This document shows positions 1 to 9,269 of a stretch of DNA of 64,000 nucleotides, piece after piece. The translations under genes were made by a program, and so were the position numbers. The first letter of the stretch is position 1, and each line of letters begins with the position of its first letter. The stretch is taken from assembly GCA_905236715.1 (NCBI GenBank), contig CAJOMQ010000009.1, positions 1,562 to 65,561 on the forward strand, in the 5' to 3' direction. This stretch comes from an uncultured Bacilli bacterium. GTDB lineage: Bacteria; Bacillota_I; Bacilli_A; RFN20; CAG-826. The notes under the pieces are model-generated. The model worked only from the letters and a program-made list of their open reading frames with translations, had not been told where the DNA came from and did not search any database.

Positions 1-475
1 TGGGAATTATCACAGAGGTGATATTTGGGCATTTGTAAAATCCCTTTTGTGCGATTGATGTAACAGGTAAATTTTTAAATTTTGCGGGGATAATAACATT
101 ACCTTCAATTGTTTGATCCAAACACTTAACCGCATATTCATTTGTTTCTTCGTTTAAAACAAACGCTAATTTATCTATGGTGCCTATCGCGGTATCACCA
201 GAAGGTTCATCGCCAGACATCCGATAGCCACAAACAGAACAAACTAAATATTTATAGCCATCTTCCGTTTCAGTGGGATCTACAACGACATATTCACCTT
301 GATGTTTTTCTTTATCACCAACAACATCTTTATGTTCACAAGAAGCCTCATGCCAATGATATTCGTTGTCAAAATTCCATTCATCATAAAAAGTGTGTGT
401 ATGACCATTACTATTACAGGCTGCTAAAGTGAATAAAATAGTTACTAAGGCGAAAATAGATATATTTTTCTTCAT
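1..475 (-). CDS. Surface lipoprotein with BspA-like leucine-rich repeats (partial, runs off the left edge)
   Basis: Not in the ORF track. Manual translation from ATG 475: MKKNISIFALVTILFTLAAC (lipobox), a His/Cys-rich segment (HWHEASCEH...CSVCGY), then VIIPAKFKNLPVTSIAQKGFYKCPNITSVIIP, a typical BspA/LRR_5 repeat start. AGGAG SD upstream. Confidence 0.7.
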   Translation of the reverse strand, partial: MKKNISIFALVTILFTLAACNSNGHTHTFYDEWNFDNEYHWHEASCEHKDVVGDKEKHQGEYVVVDPTETEDGYKYLVCSVCGYRMSGDEPSGDTAIGTIDKLAFVLNEETNEYAVKCLDQTIEGNVIIPAKFKNLPVTSIAQKGFYKCPNITSVIIP

Positions 476-574
476 AAAAATGTTTTTTAATTCTCCTTAT
501 CAGCACTTATCTTATGCAATGTAATTGCTAAATTCAATTAAAAATATCGTTAAGAATAGGAACTAATTTCCTAT

Positions 575-2051
575 TTAGTGTATGTTTATTGCTTTTTTTA
601 CTTTTATTTCGCTAGATATAATCGCGTCATTAGGACACACCAAAAGACAGAGGTGACATCCCACACAACGTTTGGGGTCTAAAATGGGGCTTCGAGTTTC
701 ATCGAATGTAATGGCTTGATGACCACCATCACGACAAGAAATAGCGCATCTACCACAATGGAGACAATTTTCACGAATGAATTTGGGATAAATAATGACA
801 TCTCTTTCTATTTCGTTAATATCCACTAACTGGGGAAATACTTTATTTTTTAATTCAGATAAAGACATATCTAAACGGCCAAGGAATAATGATAATCCTT
901 CCGTTAAATCTTCAATGATACGATAGCCATATTGCATCACGGCGGTGGTTATTTGAATGCTACCAGCACCTAAGGCCAAAAACATCAAAGCGTCTTGATA
1001 ATTTTCAATACCACCCATTGCGGAGAAATGTAGATCTTTTAATCCTTCATTTTGGGTCATTTCCACGACAAAGCGCAAAGCAATGGGTTTAACTGCGGGA
1101 CCGCTAAGACCACCAAACGCAAATTTTGGTAATTCTTTTTGTTCATATAACTTGTCGATAATGTTGAATTCGGTAATTGATTTAATGGTATTAATGGCGG
1201 CGATGCCATCGGCGCCACCTCTTTTAGCTGCTAATGCAGCGGGTACCATCGAATCAACATTAGGTGTTAATTTCGCTAATACGGGAATTTTGACTGCGTT
1301 TTTCACTACTCTTGTAAAGCGTTCCACTAAAGCGGGGACTTGGCCAACAGATGATCCAGTATTTTCTTCCATCATATTCGGACAAGAGAAATTTAATTCA
1401 ATCGCATCCGCACCTGCTTCTTCTGATTTTTTGGCTAGATAGGCCCATTCTTCATCATCTCTTCCCATAATGGAAACGAGAAGGAATTTATTAGGGAATT
1501 CTTCTTTTAAACGACGGAAAGTATCTAAATTTTCTTCTAATGAACGATCGGATAATTGTTCGATATTTTTAAATGATTGAAAACTGCCGTCGGAATTTTT
1601 AATCATTGAAAATCTGGGGGAAGCCTCGTGAATATCCATTAAACAGATAGTTTTATAACTTACTCCAGCCCAGCCCATCTCGAAAGCCCGTTTCACCATT
1701 TCATAAGACTGAAGAAGATAATAAGAAGGGATTTTCAATTGGTATGCCACATATATCAGTGTGAATATCACCGTGTTTATTTTCGATGGGATTTTCTTTT
1801 TTCTTTTTAAGACAATAAGAAAGAATATCTTTGATACGGACACTATTAGGAGCAAGACAATGTTTTTCACATGGTGCATCGCAGTTTAAACAAATATCTT
1901 GGCAACGTGCAAAAGCTCCTTGATAATTGGTAAAACGCAATGACCTAATTATTTTTGCAGGATCAATATTATGGGGACAATTTTTACTGCATGGTGCATC
2001 AGCACAAAGAAGGCACGAAGAACATTCTTTTTTTATATTCATGGAAATCAT
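575..2051 (-). pseudogene. preA: Dihydropyrimidine dehydrogenase PreA-like protein with N-terminal Fe-S domain, split by a frameshift near 1709
   Basis: ORF 1701-2051 gives CxxCxxxPC...ENPFLLSSS. ORF 575-1879 continues in another frame with SYEMVKRAFEMGWAG...ELNFSCP...KLTPN...GGLSG and a C-terminal 2x[4Fe-4S] domain. AAGGAG SD before 2051. Confidence 0.8.
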
Positions 2052-2279
2052 TTGTCTCTCCTTAAAATAACTAGAAATATATTACCACACCTAACCCTAG
2101 AAAACTGACGACTAAATGAAAAATTATTTAAGCAAATTTCTTGTTTTTTTATTTTTTTAAAATTTTTTTGTCAAATTTGGCATTTTCATCCCTATATGTT
2201 TAATGAGGGGCAAATTATGTCCCTCAGAATAGGAGACATATTTTTATGTTAGGGTTTATCCCTGCAGAAAGGAGGAAAA

Positions 2280-2339
2280 ATGCAGTACCTTTTGGTGCTC
2301 GTTATTATATTGTTAGTTATCTGCTTACTAGTTAAGTAG
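2280..2339 (+). CDS. 19-aa hydrophobic peptide MQYLLVLVIILLVICLLVK, putative type I toxin
   Basis: AAAGGAGG SD. The same peptide is encoded at 33193-33252 with four synonymous and no non-synonymous changes. Confidence 0.8.
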   Translation: MQYLLVLVIILLVICLLVK

Positions 2340-2343
2340 ATAT

Positions 2344-2376
2344 AAAAAGGGCTTGTGAGCTGTGTCACAAGCACCT
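2344..2376 (-). terminator. Hairpin GCTTGTGA-N6-TCACAAGC with a minus-strand U-tract (possible terminator of an antisense RNA)
   Basis: 8-bp perfect stem followed by TTTTT on the minus strand; conserved at 33257-33290. Confidence 0.55.
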
Positions 2377-2389
2377 AAAAGACAATATA

Positions 2390-2417
2390 ATTATAACACA
2401 GCTATTTCTCTTCGCAA
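2390..2417 (-). promoter_or_regulatory. Antisense sigma-70/SigA promoter TTGCGA-16-TATAAT with extended -10 TG
   Basis: Reads TTGCGA agagaaatagctgtgt TATAAT on the minus strand; same architecture in the other two module copies. Confidence 0.65.
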
Positions 2418-2472
2418 GGGGCCGGGAGGCCTAATTAACAGCCTAATTAAAATTGCTCAAAGGCGATAGATG

Positions 2473-2512
2473 AAAAAAGGAGTGCTTTACGAACTGTGCC
2501 GCAAACGCCTCC
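2473..2512 (-). terminator. Rho-independent terminator after the fructokinase gene
   Basis: Minus strand GGAGGCGTTTGCG...CGTAAAGCACTCC followed by TTTTTT, just past the stop at 2527. Confidence 0.65.
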
Positions 2513-2526
2513 AAGCAACAATAATA

Positions 2527-3465
2527 TTATAGCAACACTAAATTATCATTTTTTAAGAAGGTGTCAATTTCTTCTTCTCTAGGAGCCGAATTAATGGCAC
2601 CTTTCTTTAAAGTGGTTAAACCACCGACAACATTAGCCCTTTTTAAATAGTATTTAATTTTTTCTTCCTTATTTATAAAATCGGGCTTATTAACTAAACA
2701 CGAAAGGAAATAGGCGTAGAAAGCATCACCCGCACCCGTTGTGTCAATGGGTTTCATAGGATAAGAATCCACTTTTAATAAATTCCCATGATGATAGAAG
2801 ATAGAACCTTCTTTTCCTAACGTCACCACAGCGATTTGTTGGTCATTTAATAATTCATTTAAGGCTGTGCTAATATCTTTTCGTGGAGAAAACATTTCTA
2901 ATTCTTCAAGAGAAAATTTCAATATATCCGCCTTTTTAATCGCGGATAAAAAGACTTTTTTAGCCTCTTCTTTTGAAGAAAAGATATCATCGCGATAATT
3001 GATGTCAAAAGATATTTTTGCTTTGCTATGGTCTCTAATTTGACTGATTGCGTCATCAAAGAATTTTCGTCCTATCTCTTCCGATAACATTAATGAACCA
3101 ATGTGAACGATGTCATCATCACGCAAATTAGCAAAATTAATGTCATTGATATTTATGGCGTAATCCGCACCACTAGCTCTTTCAAAGCGGAATGATCTCT
3201 CACCATTATTTAAACTAACAATGGCTTTGGAGGTGTACCGGTTAGGTAATACATCAATTTGGCAATATTTAAATGGTTTATTATTCGCGGTTTCTTGCAA
3301 TAAGCGACCATATTCATCATTACCAACTGCGCCGATAAAGGCAACATCTTTGGTATATAGAAGGGCATTGCAAGCCACATTAAAAGGGGCACCACCTGGT
3401 AAAACGGTTTTATTTTTACCATCATCAAATATATCCACTAAAATTTCGCCAATACAGATGAGCAT
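2527..3465 (-). CDS. PfkB-family carbohydrate kinase, likely fructokinase
   Basis: GEILVD, PGGAPFNVA, FDINYR and DTTGAGDAF motifs; last gene of the fructan locus. Confidence 0.9.
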   Translation of the reverse strand: MLICIGEILVDIFDDGKNKTVLPGGAPFNVACNALLYTKDVAFIGAVGNDEYGRLLQETANNKPFKYCQIDVLPNRYTSKAIVSLNNGERSFRFERASGADYAININDINFANLRDDDIVHIGSLMLSEEIGRKFFDDAISQIRDHSKAKISFDINYRDDIFSSKEEAKKVFLSAIKKADILKFSLEELEMFSPRKDISTALNELLNDQQIAVVTLGKEGSIFYHHGNLLKVDSYPMKPIDTTGAGDAFYAYFLSCLVNKPDFINKEEKIKYYLKRANVVGGLTTLKKGAINSAPREEEIDTFLKNDNLVLL

Positions 3466-3485
3466 ATTAATACCTTTCTTTATTT

Positions 3486-3512
3486 AAAAAGCCGAGAAAC
3501 AAATCTCGACTT
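3486..3512 (-). terminator. Stem-loop/terminator between the CBM38-like surface protein gene and the kinase gene
   Basis: Minus strand AAGTCGAGA-tttgtt-TCTCGGCTT followed by TTT. Confidence 0.5.
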
Positions 3513-3526
3513 ATTTTAATTTATTT

Positions 3527-5380
3527 TTATTGTCTTTTCTTTCTTTTTAACATGATAAAGCAGAAAGCAACGATAGAAACAGCCACAAAGGAGACAGAGA
3601 CAACTAACATAGCAGAACCATTATTTTCGATGCCGATAAAGGAAATCTTATTTCTTCCTAATGGATCGATGCCTGTTTTGATATATTCAATTGTTTGTCC
3701 AATGGTGTAAGAAACATCAGCGGCGTTTTCAAAGAAATTAGCGGATGTCGCTGATTGACCAAAAGAATAATCCATGGAATTACTGACAATAGCTTGTACA
3801 TCAGCATCAAGTTCATCATATTCCGCGACTAAGGCTTGCACAGGATCACTAGTTTTAATAGAGCACCATGTACCACCATTAGCGAGGTTTCTCAAAGTAT
3901 TGTAATAACGACTTACAAAATCATAAGCTTGACCAAAAGTGGTATCACTATCACCAACATATTGGTCTAAAACCACACCATGATAGGTCGGATTTTCATT
4001 AAATTGTTGAAGGATTCTATCGACTTTGAATGATGGATAAGAATCATATTTAGTTATCACTTCATCAAAATACGCTAATCCCCAGTTGCCACCAGTGCGG
4101 TCATCACTGAGAACTACACGCACTTTTTGACCTAGATAATCAGAACAATCTAAATAGGTTCTTGCCATTGTGTTATAACGGCTACCGGATAACATGATAT
4201 TATCAACACCGCCTTTATCAGCAAAAGCTCTATTAAGAATGTTTGTACCAGAGGCTTCATTAAGACGAGTCGTAGCTAATTCAATACCAGTGGAACCAAT
4301 TAAAGATAAAACAGCGGTTCCACCACCAAGTTTAGCAGAAATTAAACCAGTTCCACTTAAGGTGAATTCAGGAGAAATTAAACGATATTTTGCATCTTCG
4401 GCAATGCCGCTGGCATCAGCGTTAATGTAATAATTGCCAGTCTTATTAGCGGGCATTCTTTCCACCCAGTCTTTCGCATCATTATCAGAAACGATAGAGG
4501 CAAAATTGATATCAGCAGTCGCAAAGTTTCTATCATAGGCCCAATTTGTTAAACCATATGTTTCAAAGCCATCATCAACATTATCTATATTCGCAATAGC
4601 GGCATTAAGAGCGTCATAAGCACTGCCGGCATAGTATGTATTGAGCATATAATCAGCAGAAAAATTGTTTTGTGGAGATAATTGGGCATCCAAAGCAATT
4701 TGTTGCTTATGAGCCGCAAAGCTCAATGCCACTTCTTCAAGAGTTTGGTTAACACGAAGATCACCAAAAATAACACCGCCATAATAAGAGGTAGCAGTGT
4801 CTTCGATATAAACAATTAGTTCACGTCCAATATATTCATCGGGAATAGAGAAATATCTAAGAGCCATATTGGCTGATAATTCAAAATCGCTCGCGGTGCC
4901 ATTTACATAAGCATCATCAAAAGCATTTCTAGAAGCATAGAAATCGTTATGAACATTAAAGATATTTACTCCGTTATCTTTTCCTTCTTCTGGTTCTGCC
5001 CAAATATTGACAAAGCAATCTCTATTGCCACCAAGTAAGAAAGAAACATAGCCGCCTTTATGAACCCATCTAACACTTCTCACCCAGCCGGTTTCGCCTT
5101 CGCCTACTCTAGCCATTGTATTTAAGAAATTTTCTAATGAATTATAAGATCTTCTACCATCATGGAAGGTTTCGTTTCTAGCACTGATTAAATTCTCCAT
5201 AGCGACATCACTAAAGCCACCACGATAGAAATTGGTATTATTCATCGCTAAATATTTCGTAACTTCTTCTTCGGCTTTCACTTGTTGATAACGGCTACCT
5301 TGCGTATGCACGGAAATCAAACCACTTCCTGCCAAAGCGAATAAACTTGCTAAAAGGGAAAAACGTAAAATCTTTTTCAT
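3527..5380 (-). CDS. Secreted, C-terminally membrane-anchored non-catalytic protein with two CBM38-like repeats
   Basis: Signal peptide ending VKA-EE. LISPEFTLSGTGLISAKLGGG...YLGQKVRVVLSD...NWGLAYFDEV aligns by eye with the repeats of 6784-9267. C-terminal TM helix plus KRKKRQ. Confidence 0.7.
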   Translation of the reverse strand: MKKILRFSLLASLFALAGSGLISVHTQGSRYQQVKAEEEVTKYLAMNNTNFYRGGFSDVAMENLISARNETFHDGRRSYNSLENFLNTMARVGEGETGWVRSVRWVHKGGYVSFLLGGNRDCFVNIWAEPEEGKDNGVNIFNVHNDFYASRNAFDDAYVNGTASDFELSANMALRYFSIPDEYIGRELIVYIEDTATSYYGGVIFGDLRVNQTLEEVALSFAAHKQQIALDAQLSPQNNFSADYMLNTYYAGSAYDALNAAIANIDNVDDGFETYGLTNWAYDRNFATADINFASIVSDNDAKDWVERMPANKTGNYYINADASGIAEDAKYRLISPEFTLSGTGLISAKLGGGTAVLSLIGSTGIELATTRLNEASGTNILNRAFADKGGVDNIMLSGSRYNTMARTYLDCSDYLGQKVRVVLSDDRTGGNWGLAYFDEVITKYDSYPSFKVDRILQQFNENPTYHGVVLDQYVGDSDTTFGQAYDFVSRYYNTLRNLANGGTWCSIKTSDPVQALVAEYDELDADVQAIVSNSMDYSFGQSATSANFFENAADVSYTIGQTIEYIKTGIDPLGRNKISFIGIENNGSAMLVVSVSFVAVSIVAFCFIMLKRKKRQ

Positions 5381-5394
5381 AAATTATCTCCTTA

Positions 5395-5408
5395 TGGAAA
5401 CGTTTCCA
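5395..5408. promoter_or_regulatory. LacI-type operator TGGAAACGTTTCCA
   Basis: Perfect palindrome with central CG, lying between an extended -10 (TGTTACAAT on the minus strand, ~5414-5422) and the SD; identical core at 20937-20950. Confidence 0.8.
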
Positions 5409-5446
5409 CTAATATTGTAACACTTTTCACTACAACATTGTAATAA

Positions 5447-6784
5447 TTATTTATAAATAATCATTTTTTTCTTTTCGCCAACGACATCAATGTGAAATAT
5501 ATCACTGCTTTCTTTGGGGAAAACGATATTGCTCATTGAGATACCATTAACAAATATTTCAATCGAATATTTGTCCAATAAAATGTAAATTTTATCGATA
5601 TTCTTTTTGATGTATGGCATTTTTCTAATCCCTTTTTGGGATAATTCGTCGGTTTCTTCACCATTAATTGGGACGCCTGACTGACTTCTATCAAAATAAA
5701 ATTCGTTGTCTTTTAAATAGAATTGGCTATATTCTCCTTCGCCTTTTCTTAAATAAATATTTAAGGATTGAAGATTGATGATTTCTAATGCAATTGTGCC
5801 CACCGAAAGTCTTCCTTCATATTCATCTTCTAGATCAATCGTTTGATCTTTTTGTCCATAGATGACAGGGGTTTGTATTAAATATCCATCTTCTACGGTC
5901 ACTTTACGAGGCGTTGTTAACATACCGGCAAAGCCAAATTGAGAGGTAGGATTATTGCGGCCCCACATATTCATCCACGCGATGAGATAATGATCATCGT
6001 TCATCACCTGAGGGGCATAAAAATCAAAACCATAGTCAATGAGTCTTTTTGGTGAACCACTGATGAATTTACCTTTATTATTTAATTGGCCAATCTCATA
6101 TTCGCATGAATGGATGTTTAAGCAATGATTATTATCTTTTGGGAAATCTTGTTCGGAATAAAGTAATAAGCCTAAATCCTCGTGATAATCAACACATTCA
6201 ATCATCTTGCCTTCACTATTGTGATTTAAAACATCACTCACAAAACGCCATTCTTTCAAGTCTTTTGATTGGAATAATAGAATGCTTCCTCCACCGCTTC
6301 TTTTTTTCGCAGAAGCTAAAATATAGAAAAAGCCTTCTTTATAAAACAATTTAGGATCACGAAAATCACATGGTTTATATTCTTTTGGCAATTGTTTTTC
6401 CGTAATAATTGCCCCATGTTTGGTAAAATGCACCCCATCAGTGCTCGAAGCGAGACACTGAATTTGTTTTATTTGTTCTGGGTCTTCGTTATTAATAAAT
6501 CCTGTATAGGCAATATATAAAACCTCATTTTTTACTAAAGAGGTACCAGAAAAGCAACCGTCTTTATCAAATTCATCACCGGGCACTAAGGCATAGGGAA
6601 GATATTGGAAATGCAATAAATCATCACTAATGACATGTCCCCAATGCATCGGTCCCCATTCGCAAGAATAAGGATGATGTTGGAAAAAGATGTGATAACG
6701 ACCTTGGAATTTAACAATGCCATTAGGATCATTAATCCAGCCTTTTTCTCCAGTAATATGAAAGATTGGCTTGTTATTTGACAT
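5447..6784 (-). CDS. Cytoplasmic GH32 beta-fructofuranosidase
   Basis: WINDPNG, FSG, FRDP and EC motifs; no signal peptide. Confidence 0.92.
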   Translation of the reverse strand: MSNNKPIFHITGEKGWINDPNGIVKFQGRYHIFFQHHPYSCEWGPMHWGHVISDDLLHFQYLPYALVPGDEFDKDGCFSGTSLVKNEVLYIAYTGFINNEDPEQIKQIQCLASSTDGVHFTKHGAIITEKQLPKEYKPCDFRDPKLFYKEGFFYILASAKKRSGGGSILLFQSKDLKEWRFVSDVLNHNSEGKMIECVDYHEDLGLLLYSEQDFPKDNNHCLNIHSCEYEIGQLNNKGKFISGSPKRLIDYGFDFYAPQVMNDDHYLIAWMNMWGRNNPTSQFGFAGMLTTPRKVTVEDGYLIQTPVIYGQKDQTIDLEDEYEGRLSVGTIALEIINLQSLNIYLRKGEGEYSQFYLKDNEFYFDRSQSGVPINGEETDELSQKGIRKMPYIKKNIDKIYILLDKYSIEIFVNGISMSNIVFPKESSDIFHIDVVGEKKKMIIYK

Positions 6785-9267
6785 TATTTGCTCTCCGCTA
6801 AGGTGAAAATGGAAGGAATGTCGTCCACTGATTCATAACAAGTGATGAAATCATCAACAAACATCAAACCCCAATCTTCCGTGGCATTATCAACAATACG
6901 AATCTTAATTTGACGGCCAATAAAGGCTGATAAATCGACTTTATATTCCACCATATTGCCAGCAAAAATGCCATCTTGGGCTAAATCGATTGGATAGCCA
7001 AGGTAATAATAATTACGATTAAATTCTTTAAATTTTTGGTTATATGTCGTGGCTAAAACTTCATCTGTGGAAGCGTCAACAAATTCGATATAACACAAAT
7101 CTTTATTTTTGCCACCGCCTAAACGATAGGTCACATAGCCACAACCACCGAGAGTGAATGTGGAAGAGGTAAGACTACCAGTATTGGCTTCACTAGCTTC
7201 CCAACCAGAAAGGTGATAAGAACCTTGTTTATTAAATAAATAGGCTTCATTCCACCAAGTATATTCGGTGGTAATATTCATGATGGGGTGAGCATTATCT
7301 GAGAAAGTCCAACCCGATAAATCACCAGTTTCAAAATTGCCGTTAGTGACTTGATAAATAGAAGGAGTTTCTTTAAAAGATAAGGTATTGGGTGTTAATA
7401 AAGCAGCAGAATCAACGGCATCCATTGTTTCATAATATGTGATAAAACTATCGACACACACTAAACCCCAATTATTTGTGGCGTTATCCACCACTCTAAT
7501 TTTGACATTACGTCCATGAATAGAAGATAAATCAGCGCGATAGAAAATCATATCCATGAGGTGACCAGAAGAACCAATGAATTCAAGGCCTAAATCATTG
7601 AACATGTAATTTGCAAAGCGCAATAACTCTTCTTCGCTTTCCGCATCGATAATCGAAACATAGCAAGATAATGGATTGCGACCGCCTGACATTCTAAATG
7701 TCATCACATCAACACCACCGACAATAAAGGAAGAAGAAGTGAGATAACCGGTATTATTTTCATCTTCTTCACCGGAGAAGAAATAAGTACCACGTTTATT
7801 AAATGGTAAATGAGGATTATCCCACCAATAGGATTTGTTGGAAATGCGGCCAATTTGTTGACTATCACTGCTCCAGGAAGTGGTCCAACCGGTCAAATCA
7901 CCAGTTTCAAAAGTGCCGTTAACGGGTTGATATTCATTAACTGGTTCTCTTTCATAGGTCGAAGAAATATCGATTTTGTAATATTCTTTATCTTCCCAAT
8001 ATGGAGTGTCAGTGTAATAAGTTTCAAAACTATCAAAAGTCATGCAACCGAGATCATCGCCACTGGTGTTTTCATCGACGATTTCAATGTAGAGATTTTC
8101 ACCCACAAATTCGTGTAAATCGATATAATATTGCACCATATTAAGTAAGTGCATTTTCATCGGAACAAAGGGGAATTGCTCGTTTTTATATTGCACATTA
8201 CTGACTTTGACAATTTCCACTGGTTCACCACTATTGATGGAAACAAAGCGGATATAAGTTAAAGCTTGATTAGCACAGCCACCTAATTTAAAGGAGATAA
8301 AACCTTTACCGCCTAATTTAAATGTGGATGAGCGGAGGATACCAGTACCCGTGGGATTGTAATAACCATAATGATAATTGCCATCACGATTATAGGTGAT
8401 ATTTTCGTTCCACCAAGTTGATTCGTTATTAACACCATCATGAGAGAAAGCATCACCTTCCACAATATCCCAACCACCTAATGACCCAATCTCAAAATCG
8501 GGATTTTTAATGTGATATTCATCAATAGCGTCAACATCTTCCAAATAATGATGCGTTTTGACGAAATATTGACCATCATCTTGTGGTAGACCATCACCAA
8601 CACGGATATCATCAACGCTTAAATAGCCATAATAGACATCTTCATCGTTATCAACGATACGGATATAGACTTCTTGGTTAGCGTAAGCACTTAAATCTAA
8701 AACATATTCACAGAAATTATCCGTGTGATAAACACCATTGGCGTATTTATTCGCATCGATATAATCTTCGGTTCCTTCTAAGAAATATTCATTAGTTTGA
8801 CGGGCAATCATTTGTTCGGTTTCCACTAAATAGACACCGACAAAGCACACTTTTTCAGCATTTTTAAATTCGGCTTCGACACCTTTGCCCTTGGTTAATG
8901 CACCACCCGCTAATTTCATGGATAAGAAGCCGTCTTCGGTTAAAAAGAAATTATTACTTCTAATGGCGCCGACACGGCCATGCGAATAAGACAAATCAAA
9001 ACCTTGACCGGATAAATACCAGTTACCAGTTTTATTAATATCAATTTCATTATTTTTGTTGTCGTTTTTGAAAGTGAAATAATTACGCGAAGAAACGGAA
9101 TCATCGGTATAAGCATCGCCATATTCGATGGTCCAGCCAGAAAGATCACTAGTTTCAAAGCCACCATTAATGACATATCTAGTGCGGATTTCCGTATGAG
9201 AAGAAGCACAACTAGCCAGTGGCAGAGCTAATAAAGACGCTAATAAAATTTGTAAATTCTTTTTCAT
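6784..9267 (-). CDS. Lipoprotein made of four tandem CBM38-like (NGxFETGDLxGW) repeats, non-catalytic
   Basis: LASC lipobox. Repeats begin NGGFETSDLSGW, NPDFEIGSLGGW, NGTFETGDLTGW and NGNFETGDLSGW, each ending in a I.IVD...D-type motif. No GH32 motifs. Confidence 0.75.
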   Translation of the reverse strand: MKKNLQILLASLLALPLASCASSHTEIRTRYVINGGFETSDLSGWTIEYGDAYTDDSVSSRNYFTFKNDNKNNEIDINKTGNWYLSGQGFDLSYSHGRVGAIRSNNFFLTEDGFLSMKLAGGALTKGKGVEAEFKNAEKVCFVGVYLVETEQMIARQTNEYFLEGTEDYIDANKYANGVYHTDNFCEYVLDLSAYANQEVYIRIVDNDEDVYYGYLSVDDIRVGDGLPQDDGQYFVKTHHYLEDVDAIDEYHIKNPDFEIGSLGGWDIVEGDAFSHDGVNNESTWWNENITYNRDGNYHYGYYNPTGTGILRSSTFKLGGKGFISFKLGGCANQALTYIRFVSINSGEPVEIVKVSNVQYKNEQFPFVPMKMHLLNMVQYYIDLHEFVGENLYIEIVDENTSGDDLGCMTFDSFETYYTDTPYWEDKEYYKIDISSTYEREPVNEYQPVNGTFETGDLTGWTTSWSSDSQQIGRISNKSYWWDNPHLPFNKRGTYFFSGEEDENNTGYLTSSSFIVGGVDVMTFRMSGGRNPLSCYVSIIDAESEEELLRFANYMFNDLGLEFIGSSGHLMDMIFYRADLSSIHGRNVKIRVVDNATNNWGLVCVDSFITYYETMDAVDSAALLTPNTLSFKETPSIYQVTNGNFETGDLSGWTFSDNAHPIMNITTEYTWWNEAYLFNKQGSYHLSGWEASEANTGSLTSSTFTLGGCGYVTYRLGGGKNKDLCYIEFVDASTDEVLATTYNQKFKEFNRNYYYLGYPIDLAQDGIFAGNMVEYKVDLSAFIGRQIKIRIVDNATEDWGLMFVDDFITCYESVDDIPSIFTLAESK

Positions 9268-9269
9268 AT

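Larger units (their letters stand above)
2150..2455 (+). repeat. ~300-bp dispersed module, copy 1 (type I TA-like)
   Basis: 2170-2262 is identical to 33072-33164, and similarity continues to about 2455/33365. Confidence 0.9.

Noticed and set aside
142-432. Plus-strand 96-aa ORF, and the many other short ORFs antisense or off-frame to long genes
   Set aside because: Shadow ORFs: they overlap well-supported genes (here the minus-strand LRR lipoprotein) and have no SD or recognisable motifs.
1701-1703. TGA recoding (genetic code 4 or selenocysteine)
   Set aside because: The downstream homology is in a different frame, and TGA ends intact genes elsewhere (12761, 30125, 48115).
2200-2440. c-di-GMP-I riboswitch-like words (GGGCAAA ... 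GCAAG ... GGCCTAA)
   Set aside because: The words are ~200 nt apart with an ORF between them, and the GNRA-capped P2 stem is missing; an Rfam scan would settle it.
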